DNA of 64,000 nucleotides from Novosphingobium sp. (GTDB taxonomy: Bacteria > Pseudomonadota > Alphaproteobacteria > Sphingomonadales > Sphingomonadaceae). Location of the stretch: positions 536,190 to 600,189 of the forward strand of contig NZ_JAPZQX010000003.1 in the NCBI RefSeq assembly GCF_027531025.1. The letters run 5' to 3'. Each line of letters begins with the position of its first letter. The first letter of the stretch is position 1. A program made the position numbers and the translations under genes. The notes under the pieces are model-generated. The model did not search any database and was not told the origin of the DNA. It saw only the letters and a list, made by a program, of their open reading frames with translations. Below are positions 9,228 to 17,634 of the stretch, piece by piece.

Positions 9228-9758
9228 TTACAAATCTCCGTGCGCGCCACGGCAAGCCTGGCCGCAAACGGGCCTGACCTGTGCAAGTGACGCGATTCTG
9301 TGCGGAACGACCGCCGGCCAGGGCAAAGGCCCCGCTGTGCCAGGCGGCAGTGTGGGAAGTGCCAGCGCCGAAAAGCGCGCCGGCGGCGTTGTTTGCATCT
9401 GCGGGAACGATATGGCGCTGCATCATCTGACGCGCCGGTCCATATGCCCACGCAGCCATTGCCCCGATGGGCAAGGACTTGGCAGGCAACGAACCAATTC
9501 TCATTCCGGCATCAACCTGTGTCACCGGGCGAACGGCCCGGAATTCCTTGGCTCAGGCAACCTTGAAGATCGGTCCGATCCATCGCCCGGCCACCACGTT
9601 CAACTTGAACGGACAACACCGCAACAGACCACGATCGGTCACCCCGCAGCGGCATGACTAGCACTGGCCGGGGCAGGCGGCAAGGGTGCGGGGACAAAAG
9701 GGGAAAGCAGCGGGCGAACAATTGCCGCCTTCGATTCCGCGCGTTAGCACGGGTGGTA

Positions 9759-10643
9759 ATGCTACGCACCTTGCGGATCCTGTTGCTGTTCCTTGCGCCA
9801 GTGGCGGTTTTTGCCGCGATGGTGGCGGTCGACCGCACCTTTGGCGGGCCGGGCCGGGGCTATGGCTATGTCGTGCGGGTCGATCTGCCCGGCGATGACG
9901 ATCTGGCCGGTTTGCCGGTGGTGCGCGGGCCGATGGATGCCAGTCGCCCCCTGGTGGTGATCGATCCTGGCCACGGCGGCAAGGATCCCGGGGCCGGGGC
10001 CGACAATCTCAGGGAAAAGGATCTGGTGCTTCGCCTCGCTACGGCGCTGCGTGACGAATTGCTCCGTCAGGGCGGGGTTCGGGTTGCCATGACCCGCGAG
10101 GACGATCGCTATCTGCCACTGCCGGTTCGGCCCGACATTGCCCGGCGGCTCAAGGCCGACCTGTTCATCTCGATCCATGCCGACAGCACCGAAGTTGGCA
10201 ACGGCGCCAGCGGGGCGACGGTCTATGTCCTGTCCGACAAGGGCAGCAACGAGGCCGCCGAGCGGATCGCGAAACGCGAGAACGCGGCCGACGAGGTCAA
10301 CGGGATCCGCATTGCCGAACAGAGCGACGGGGTCGGGGCGATCCTCGTCGACCTGTCGCAGCGCGAGATGCGCGCCTTGTCCGAAGCCTTCGGCGGTCTG
10401 GTCGTGCGCGAGGGGCAGGGGCAGCTGCCGTTTCGCGAGACCTCGGTCCAGTCGGCTGCCTTCGCGGTGCTGAAGGCGCCCGACATTCCTTCGGTGCTGG
10501 TCGAAAGCGGCTATATCAACAATGCCGCCGACCGTTCGCGACTGGCCTCCAGCGAGGGGCAGCGCGCCTTTGCCACGGTGCTGGCCAGCGCAATCCGGGT
10601 TCATTTCGCGCGGCAGAGCGCTCCGGCGCCCGCCTTGCCCTAG
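9759..10643 (+). CDS. N-acetylmuramoyl-L-alanine amidase (Amidase_3)
   Basis: VVIDPGHGGKDPG, FISIHADS and SVLVESGYINN motifs with an N-terminal hydrophobic anchor. Start moved to ATG 9759. Confidence 0.93.
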   Translation: MLRTLRILLLFLAPVAVFAAMVAVDRTFGGPGRGYGYVVRVDLPGDDDLAGLPVVRGPMDASRPLVVIDPGHGGKDPGAGADNLREKDLVLRLATALRDELLRQGGVRVAMTREDDRYLPLPVRPDIARRLKADLFISIHADSTEVGNGASGATVYVLSDKGSNEAAERIAKRENAADEVNGIRIAEQSDGVGAILVDLSQREMRALSEAFGGLVVREGQGQLPFRETSVQSAAFAVLKAPDIPSVLVESGYINNAADRSRLASSEGQRAFATVLASAIRVHFARQSAPAPALP

Positions 10644-10680
10644 CAATGCCCTTTGCCGCTATGCTAGAGCCCGCCGCACG

Positions 10681-13215
10681 ATGACCGAAGGTGCCGAATC
10701 CATCCGCCTGCGCATCCGCCGCGAAGCCGGTGGGCTGCTGACGCGGCTGCGCGAACATCCTGTGGGGGAATGGTTCCGACGCAACTGGCAGACCAGCAAG
10801 CCGTTTCGCATGGCCGGCTATGCCATTGGCGGCATGCTGCTGCTGTACTTCGTGGTCTGGGCCTCGGTGCTGCGCAACCTGCCTTCGGCCGACCGCCTGC
10901 TGAGCTATCAGCCGCCGCTGCCGACCATGGTGCGCGGGGTGAATGGCGAGATCGTCTACAGCTATGCCCGCGAAAGGCGCGTGCAGTTGCGCTTTGTCGA
11001 TTTCCCCAAGCCGCTGATCGACGCCTATCTCTCGGCTGAGGACAAGACCTTCTGGTCACACGGCGGGATCGACTTCACCGGGTTCGCCGGAGCGGTGATC
11101 GACTATGTCTCCAAGCTCGGTTCCGGTGAACGGGCGGTTGGCGGTTCGACCATCACCCAGCAGGTCGCCAAGAACATCCTGATCGGCGACGAGTATTCGA
11201 TCACCCGCAAGTTCAAGGAAATGATCCTGGCCCGCCGGATCGAGGGTGTGCTCAACAAGCAGCAGATTCTCGAGCTCTACCTTAACGAGATTCCGCTCGG
11301 TCGGCAGAGCTTCGGCGTCCAGGCTGCCGCGCGTGCCTATTTTGGCAAGGATGTGGGTGATCTCAAGCTGCACGAAGCGGCCTTCCTCGCGATCCTGCCG
11401 AAGGCTCCGGAGCGCTATGGTCGCGAAAAGTACCAGCAGCAGGCCATCGAACGGCGCAACTACGTGCTGGATCAGATGCTCGACAATGGTTGGGCCACGC
11501 CAGCGCAGGCGGCGGAAGCCAAGGCACAACCGCTGGGCCTGATCCCGCGCCAGGCCGAATCCTGGGATTCCTCGGTTGGCTACTTCGTCGAGGAAGTGCG
11601 CCGCCAGTTGATCGAGAAGTATGGCGAAACCGCCGAAGCCGGGCCGAACAGCGTCTATGCGGGCGGTCTGTGGGTGCGTACTTCACTCGATCCGCAATTG
11701 CAGAAGGCATCGCAGAACGCACTGCGCACTGGATTGGTCCGCTATCATGGCGGGCGAGCCTGGTATGGACCGCTGGCCAAGGTCGATCTCGATCCGGACA
11801 ACTGGCAGAGCCAGCTGATCGTCCAGGGCCTGTCGATATCCTACCAGAACTGGCGTGTCGGCATCGTGATCTCGCGGCAGGGCAACCAGGCGCGGATCGG
11901 CTTTGGCGATGGCAGCACGGCCGCGCTGACGGGCCTGCCCGATGGACTGCGCGCTGGCCACGTGATTGCCGCCGCGCCGATCAGCGGTTCGACCTGGACC
12001 GTCAAGACCGTGCCCGAGGTTTCGGGCGGGATGGCGGTGGTCGATCCCAATTCGGGCCGGGCCCTGGCAATCCAGGGCGGCTTCGACAGCGGCCTTGGCA
12101 GCTTCAACCGTGCCACCCAGGCCCAGCGCCAGCCGGGCTCGACGATCAAGCCGTTCGTCTATGCCGCCGGGCTTGATCAGGGCATTACGCCGGCTTCCGA
12201 AGTGCTGGACGGCACCTTCTGCGTCTATCAGGGCGCGCAACTGGGCCAGAAGTGCTTCCGTAACTTCGACATGCGCGGGGCCGGGGGCACGCATACGATG
12301 CGCTGGGGCCTTGAACAGTCGCGCAACCTGATGACCGTCCGGATCGCCAACGACGCCGGGATGGACAACGTGGTGCGCGAGATCGACCGGGTCGGTATCG
12401 GCCGCTACGCGCCTTACCTGTCGTTCGCGCTGGGGGCGGGGGAAACCACCGTGCTCAAGATGGCCAACGCCTATGCCGCCCTTGCCAACAACGGGGTGCA
12501 GTTCCCGCCAACGCTGATCGACTTCATCCAGGATCGCAACGGCAAGGTGATCTGGCGCGCCGACAGTCGCCGCTGCGAGCAGTGCAACATGGCGCGCTGG
12601 GATGGCAAGCCGATGCCGCGCCTGGCTTCCCGCGGCAAGCAGGTCATGGACCCGCGCACGGCCTTCCAGGTGGTCCACATGCTGCAGGGCGTGGTCACCC
12701 GTGGCACGGCAACGGTGCTGCGCGATCTCAACCTGCCGCTGTTCGGCAAGACCGGGACGACGACCGGACCGACCAACGTGTGGTTCGCCGGTGGTTCGCA
12801 GGATATCGTCGGGGCCGTCTATCTTGGGTTCGATCAGCCCCGCTCGCTGGGCGGCTATGCCCAGGGTGGCTCGATCGCGGCGCCGATGTTCCGGCAGTTC
12901 GTCCAGGAAAGCCGCAATCGCTGGAGCGACCGGCCCTTCGTGGCCCCCGCCAACATCCACTGGGTCAAGATCGACCGGGTAACCGGCAAGCGCGTCTTCG
13001 CTGGCGATCCGACCGATGATCCCAAGTCCGGCATCATCTGGGAGGCTTTCAAGGCGGATAGCGAGGCCCAGCGCACCACCCGGCGGGATGAACTGGCCAA
13101 GCAGCGCGACGCCCTGATCGCCGCGATCAAGCGCGGTGCCAAGGCCAGCGAAGCCGGTGAAGGGGCCGAGGCCGTGCCTTCGATCGCGGCGGACAGCAGC
13201 GTCATCATGCAGTAG
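10681..13215 (+). CDS. mrcA: Penicillin-binding protein 1A (transglycosylase/transpeptidase)
   Basis: EDKTF..HGG, GGSTITQQVAKN and RKFKE transglycosylase motifs; STIK, SRN and KTG transpeptidase motifs. Start at ATG 10681. Confidence 0.95.
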   Translation: MTEGAESIRLRIRREAGGLLTRLREHPVGEWFRRNWQTSKPFRMAGYAIGGMLLLYFVVWASVLRNLPSADRLLSYQPPLPTMVRGVNGEIVYSYARERRVQLRFVDFPKPLIDAYLSAEDKTFWSHGGIDFTGFAGAVIDYVSKLGSGERAVGGSTITQQVAKNILIGDEYSITRKFKEMILARRIEGVLNKQQILELYLNEIPLGRQSFGVQAAARAYFGKDVGDLKLHEAAFLAILPKAPERYGREKYQQQAIERRNYVLDQMLDNGWATPAQAAEAKAQPLGLIPRQAESWDSSVGYFVEEVRRQLIEKYGETAEAGPNSVYAGGLWVRTSLDPQLQKASQNALRTGLVRYHGGRAWYGPLAKVDLDPDNWQSQLIVQGLSISYQNWRVGIVISRQGNQARIGFGDGSTAALTGLPDGLRAGHVIAAAPISGSTWTVKTVPEVSGGMAVVDPNSGRALAIQGGFDSGLGSFNRATQAQRQPGSTIKPFVYAAGLDQGITPASEVLDGTFCVYQGAQLGQKCFRNFDMRGAGGTHTMRWGLEQSRNLMTVRIANDAGMDNVVREIDRVGIGRYAPYLSFALGAGETTVLKMANAYAALANNGVQFPPTLIDFIQDRNGKVIWRADSRRCEQCNMARWDGKPMPRLASRGKQVMDPRTAFQVVHMLQGVVTRGTATVLRDLNLPLFGKTGTTTGPTNVWFAGGSQDIVGAVYLGFDQPRSLGGYAQGGSIAAPMFRQFVQESRNRWSDRPFVAPANIHWVKIDRVTGKRVFAGDPTDDPKSGIIWEAFKADSEAQRTTRRDELAKQRDALIAAIKRGAKASEAGEGAEAVPSIAADSSVIMQ

Positions 13216-13236
13216 GTTCCAGCCAAGGATAGTCCC

Positions 13237-13785
13237 ATGCGCCCGATCATCCGCCGTCTCGCCGCCCTTGCCTTGCTGCTGCCGCTCGGCCAGCCCGCAT
13301 TGGCCAACCTGCCGGAAGGAGCCAAGGCTCCGACCTTTGCCACCAAGGGTGCCAAGGCCGGCAAGCCGTTTGGCTTCAACCTGGCGACTGCGCTGCGCAA
13401 GGGGCCGGTCGTGCTCTACTTCTATCCCAAGGCCTTTACCCAGGGCTGCACGCTGGAAGCCAATGCCTTTGCCGAGGCGACGCCGCAATTTGCCGCTGCC
13501 GGTGCGACCGTGATCGGGATGTCGGCCGATGACCTGCTAACGCTGCAGAAATTCTCCACCGAAGCCTGCCGCGACAAGTTTGCCGTTGCCATGGCCACCC
13601 CCGCGATCATTAAGGCCTATGATGTCGACCTGAAGCGCGAAGGTGTCTCGACCGGGCTTACCACTCGCACCAGCTACGTTATCGGCCAGGATGGTCGGGT
13701 CCGGTTCGTCCATTCGAACATGGATTATCGCGATCACGTGCGGTTGACCCTCGCCGCGGTTCAAGGGCTGCGCAAGAAGCGCTGA
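13237..13785 (+). CDS. Peroxiredoxin (BCP/AhpC-TSA family) with signal peptide
   Basis: VLYFYPKAFTQGCTLE peroxidatic motif and RTSYVIGQDG; cleavable leader ending QPALA. Confidence 0.88.
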   Translation: MRPIIRRLAALALLLPLGQPALANLPEGAKAPTFATKGAKAGKPFGFNLATALRKGPVVLYFYPKAFTQGCTLEANAFAEATPQFAAAGATVIGMSADDLLTLQKFSTEACRDKFAVAMATPAIIKAYDVDLKREGVSTGLTTRTSYVIGQDGRVRFVHSNMDYRDHVRLTLAAVQGLRKKR

Positions 13786-13872
13786 TCCGCGCCGCCGCCT
13801 TTACAATCGCCGTCCTTGCGCTAAGCGGGCGCCGCGCGGGCCATTGGCCCGGATTGATGGAGTTTCAGAATC

Positions 13873-15000
13873 ATGCGTGCCGAAGGGCAGGCCCATATCG
13901 ACCGGATCGAAGCAGCGCTCGCGCTGGTGCGCAAGTTCCTCGACTGGGACCGCGCGCTGCGGCGGCTCGACGAGCTGAATGCCCGGGTCGAGGATCCCAA
14001 GCTTTGGGATAATCCCAAGGAAGCCGAAGCGGTCATGAAGGAACGCCGCCGGCTCGAGGCGGCCGTTGGCACGGTCAATGACATCTCGACCCAGATGGCC
14101 GATGCGATCGAGTTCGTCGAACTGGGCGAAATGGAAGGCGACGAGGCCACGATCGAGGAAGGGCTCGATGCCCTGGCCCGCCTGGCTGTCCGCGCCGATG
14201 CCGACAAGGTCCAGGCCCTGCTGGCCGGTGAGGCCGATGGCAACGATACCTATATCGAAATCCACGCCGGGGCGGGCGGCACCGAAAGCCAGGACTGGGC
14301 GGAAATGCTGTTCCGCATGTATACCCGCTGGGCCGAAAAGCGCGGTTTCAAGGTCGATACCATCGAGTACCAGGCGGGCGAACAGGCGGGGATCAAGTCA
14401 GCCACGATCCTGGTCAAGGGCGAGAATGCCTATGGCTATGCCAAGACCGAAAGCGGCGTGCACCGGCTCGTCCGGATCAGCCCCTATGACAGTTCGGCCC
14501 GGCGCCACACCAGCTTCAGCTCGGTCTGGGTCTATCCGGTGATCGATGACAGCTTCTCGATCGACATCAATCCGGCCGACCTCAGGATCGACACCTATCG
14601 CGCCAGCGGCGCTGGCGGGCAGCACGTCAACACCACCGATTCCGCGGTTCGCATCACTCACGTGCCCAGCGGCATCGTGGTGGCCAGCCAGCAGGACCGC
14701 AGCCAGCACAAGAACCGCGAAATCGCGATGGGCATGCTCAAGTCGCGGCTTTACGAAGAGGAAATGCGCAAGCGCGAGGAAGCCGCCAGCGCCGAACACG
14801 CCGCCAAGACCGATATCGGCTGGGGCCACCAGATCCGTTCCTATGTCCTCCAGCCGTACCAGATGGTAAAGGACCTGCGCACCGGCGTGACCAGCCCGAC
14901 CCCGTCGGACGTGCTCGATGGTGCGCTCGACCCGTTCATGGCCGCTGCGCTGGCCCAGCGCGTGACCGGCGAGAAGGTCGACGTGGAGGATGATGATTGA
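13873..15000 (+). CDS. prfB: Peptide chain release factor 2
   Basis: GAGGQHVN (GGQ), RLVRISPYD, RRHTSF and WGHQIRSYV; a single uninterrupted frame. Confidence 0.97.
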   Translation: MRAEGQAHIDRIEAALALVRKFLDWDRALRRLDELNARVEDPKLWDNPKEAEAVMKERRRLEAAVGTVNDISTQMADAIEFVELGEMEGDEATIEEGLDALARLAVRADADKVQALLAGEADGNDTYIEIHAGAGGTESQDWAEMLFRMYTRWAEKRGFKVDTIEYQAGEQAGIKSATILVKGENAYGYAKTESGVHRLVRISPYDSSARRHTSFSSVWVYPVIDDSFSIDINPADLRIDTYRASGAGGQHVNTTDSAVRITHVPSGIVVASQQDRSQHKNREIAMGMLKSRLYEEEMRKREEAASAEHAAKTDIGWGHQIRSYVLQPYQMVKDLRTGVTSPTPSDVLDGALDPFMAAALAQRVTGEKVDVEDDD

Positions 15001-15722
15001 GAGCTTTTGCGCTCCTGGCGTCGTTAGTCCTGCTTTCGGCCTGTGGCGAGGCCGGGGATCCCGGTCGGCCTGATAGCTCGCGCGCCTTCCCGCAGGCGTG
15101 GCGACCGGTTTCCACGCTATCGGGTAACGAGTTCCGCAACGAGGATCAGCGCGACAACCTGGGCGAGGCCGAGGTGGTGATGGATCTGGCCGCCATTGGC
15201 GCCGGAACCACCGTGGCCGATATCGGGGCGGGCGAGGGCTATTACACCGTGCGCCTGGCCGAGCGGGTCGGGGCCAAGGGTCGCGTGCTGGCGCAGGATA
15301 TCGACCCCGGCGCGATCCAGCGGCTTGGCCAGCGGGTCGAGCGCGAGCGGCTCGACAATGTCTCGATCAAGACCGGCGCGCCCGACGACCCGCGCCTTCC
15401 GGCCAACAGCTTTGACCGGATCTTCCTGGTGCACATGTACCACGAAGTGACCGAACCTTATGCCTTCCTGTGGCGGATGCGCCCGGCGCTGCGGGCAGGT
15501 GGGCAGGTGATCGTGGTCGACGTCGATCGGCCGACCGACCAGCACGGCATCCCGCCGCAATTGCTGTTCTGCGAATTTCAGGCGGTGGGCTTCCGCCTCG
15601 TGGAATTTGTGCGTAGACCGGAACTCAACGGTTATTATGCGCAGTTCGAGGCGGTTGGGCCCCGGCCTGAGCCAGCCGCGATAAAGCCATGTAATACGGC
15701 CAAGGGAAAGACAGAAACATAA
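14997..15722 (+). CDS. Class I SAM-dependent methyltransferase with lipoprotein-type leader
   Basis: VADIGAGEGYY, VLAQDID and FDRIFLVHMYHEV motifs; N-terminal LLSAC lipobox; TTG start overlaps the prfB stop. Confidence 0.85.
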   Translation: MRAFALLASLVLLSACGEAGDPGRPDSSRAFPQAWRPVSTLSGNEFRNEDQRDNLGEAEVVMDLAAIGAGTTVADIGAGEGYYTVRLAERVGAKGRVLAQDIDPGAIQRLGQRVERERLDNVSIKTGAPDDPRLPANSFDRIFLVHMYHEVTEPYAFLWRMRPALRAGGQVIVVDVDRPTDQHGIPPQLLFCEFQAVGFRLVEFVRRPELNGYYAQFEAVGPRPEPAAIKPCNTAKGKTET

Positions 15723-17128
15723 TGACGTTCAAGGGGTTGACGCCGATTGTTTATGGTGGCTGCGAGGTTTGGCCGCTGGTGGAAGGCGGCAAGGGTGTCT
15801 CGGCCACGAACCACGCCAGCTCGGGCGCCTGGGCGGCGGCGGGCGGGATCGGCACGGTCAGCGCAGTCAATGCCGACAGCTATGACGCCGAAGGCAAGAT
15901 CATTCCCCAAGTCTATAATGCGATGACCCGCCGCGAACGGCACGAGGAACTGATCCGCTATGGCATCGACGGTGCCGTGGAGCAGGTGAAGCGTGCCTAC
16001 GATATCGCCAGCGGCAAGGGTGCAATCAATATCAACGTCCTGTGGGAAATGGGCGGCGCGCAGCAGATCCTCGAAGGCGTCCTGGAAAAGACCAGGGGCC
16101 TGGTGGCTGGCGTAACCTGCGGCGCGGGCATGCCGTACAAGCTGTCCGAAATCGCCGCCCGTTTTGGCGTCTACTACCTGCCGATCGTCAGTTCGGCCCG
16201 TGCCTTCCGCGCGCTCTGGAAGCGCGCCTATTCGAAGGTGCCCGAATGGCTGGGCGCGGTGGTTTACGAGGACCCCTGGCTGGCGGGCGGGCATAACGGC
16301 CTGTCGAACGCGGAAGACCCTCTCAAGCCGGAAGATCCCTATCCCCGCGTCAAGGCCCTGCGCGAAACCATGCGGGCCGAGGGTGTTTCGGAAGAGGTGC
16401 CGATCGTCATGGCCGGGGGCGTCTGGTTCCTGCGCGAATGGGAAAACTGGATCGACAATCCCGAACTCGGCAAGATTGCCTTCCAGTATGGCACCCGTCC
16501 GCTGCTGACCCAGGAAAGCCCGATCCCGCAGACCTGGAAGGACCACCTGCGCACGCTGGAGCCGGGCGACGTGTTGCTCCACCGCTTCTCGCCGACCGGT
16601 TTCTATTCCTCGGCCGTCCGCAATCCCTTCCTGCGCATGCTTGAGGCGCGCAGCGAACGCCAGGTGCCCTATTCCAAGGTCCAGGCCGGGGAACACACCG
16701 TGCAGCTCGATGTCGGGGTGCGCGGCAAGAACTTCTGGGTTGCGCCCCGTGATCTGGAACGCGCCCGCAATTGGGCGGCCCAGGGCTTCACCGAAGGGCT
16801 GCGCACGCCGGACGATACGATCGTGTTCGTATCGCCCGAGGAGCGCGGGACGATCCAGCAGGACCAGAAGGACTGCATGGGCTGCCTAAGCCACTGCGGG
16901 TTCTCGTCATGGAAGGATCATGACGATTACACCACCGGGCGCCTGGCCGATCCCCGCAGCTTCTGCATCCAGAAGACCCTGCAGGATATCGCTCATGGCG
17001 GGGACGTGGACCAGAACCTGATGTTCGCGGGTCATGCGGCCTATCGCTTCAAGCAGGACCCGTTCTATTCGAACAACTTCACCCCCTCGGTGAAGGAACT
17101 GGTCGATCGCATCCTGACCGGGGACTGA
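15722..17128 (+). CDS. Nitronate monooxygenase/FabK-FabX family FMN oxidoreductase with Cys cluster motif
   Basis: PLVEGGKG, GAGMP, PIVSSARA, LAGGHNG, PIVMAGG and QYGTRP motifs, plus CxxCxxxC-x22-C. Confidence 0.85.
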   Translation: MTFKGLTPIVYGGCEVWPLVEGGKGVSATNHASSGAWAAAGGIGTVSAVNADSYDAEGKIIPQVYNAMTRRERHEELIRYGIDGAVEQVKRAYDIASGKGAININVLWEMGGAQQILEGVLEKTRGLVAGVTCGAGMPYKLSEIAARFGVYYLPIVSSARAFRALWKRAYSKVPEWLGAVVYEDPWLAGGHNGLSNAEDPLKPEDPYPRVKALRETMRAEGVSEEVPIVMAGGVWFLREWENWIDNPELGKIAFQYGTRPLLTQESPIPQTWKDHLRTLEPGDVLLHRFSPTGFYSSAVRNPFLRMLEARSERQVPYSKVQAGEHTVQLDVGVRGKNFWVAPRDLERARNWAAQGFTEGLRTPDDTIVFVSPEERGTIQQDQKDCMGCLSHCGFSSWKDHDDYTTGRLADPRSFCIQKTLQDIAHGGDVDQNLMFAGHAAYRFKQDPFYSNNFTPSVKELVDRILTGD

Positions 17129-17137
17129 GCTGAAGAA

Positions 17138-17623
17138 TCAGGCGGCGCTGCGGCGCGGATCGGGGCCGAACCGGTTTGGCCCAGCCGTGCCCGGCAGCGC
17201 GAGCAGCAGGACCAGCGCCAGGTTGGCGAGGATCACCACCCAATCGAGGATCCACGTCATCCGGTCGAGCTCGATCTTGGCCTGCATGCCCTGTGACAGC
17301 GCGATGCCGGTCCGCACCAGCCAGACAATGAAACCGGGCAAGCCCAGCCAGACCGCCCAGCCATTGCGGCCCTGATCGTGCAGGCGCCGCACCAGCAGCG
17401 CCGGGACCGGGATTGCGAGGATCACGGTCAGTCCATTGCTGACCAGCGCGCGAACCGGATAGTCGGCCACCAGCGCAGTCACAAAAGATACCGCCAACAT
17501 CACGAAGGCAGCGGCGAGAGCGTAACTGACCAGTTCCGAACGGGTCGCCCGGCCAGCCGCAGTGAAAGCCAGCGCGACGGTGCGCCTTACCGGGACAGGT
17601 TGCGGAGCCTCGCCAGCGAGCAA
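17138..17623 (-). CDS. DUF805 (YhaH-like) membrane protein
   Basis: GRATRSE, LLVRRLHDQGRNGW and PGTAGPNRFGPDP signature segments. Confidence 0.85.
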   Translation of the reverse strand: MLAGEAPQPVPVRRTVALAFTAAGRATRSELVSYALAAAFVMLAVSFVTALVADYPVRALVSNGLTVILAIPVPALLVRRLHDQGRNGWAVWLGLPGFIVWLVRTGIALSQGMQAKIELDRMTWILDWVVILANLALVLLLALPGTAGPNRFGPDPRRSAA

Positions 17624-17634
17624 AGCGGAGTCTC

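Noticed and set aside
9598-9610. GTTCAACTTGAAC as a LexA box
   Set aside because: The alphaproteobacterial LexA site is the direct repeat GTTC-N7-GTTC. This is an inverted GTTC-N5-GAAC.
9103-9838. Short ORFs in the rne/amidase intergenic region
   Set aside because: They overlap each other on both strands with no RBS or recognisable motif. A regulatory leader explains the region better.
10522-10680. N-terminal extensions in the ORF track (PBP1A; also calB, nuoN, aspS, pgsA, EVE, amidase)
   Set aside because: They overlap upstream genes or promoters. Downstream ATGs fit the RBS position and family N-termini better.
14997-15722. Methyltransferase after prfB as PrmC/HemK
   Set aside because: There is no NPPY motif or PrmC N-terminal domain, and it has a lipoprotein-type leader.
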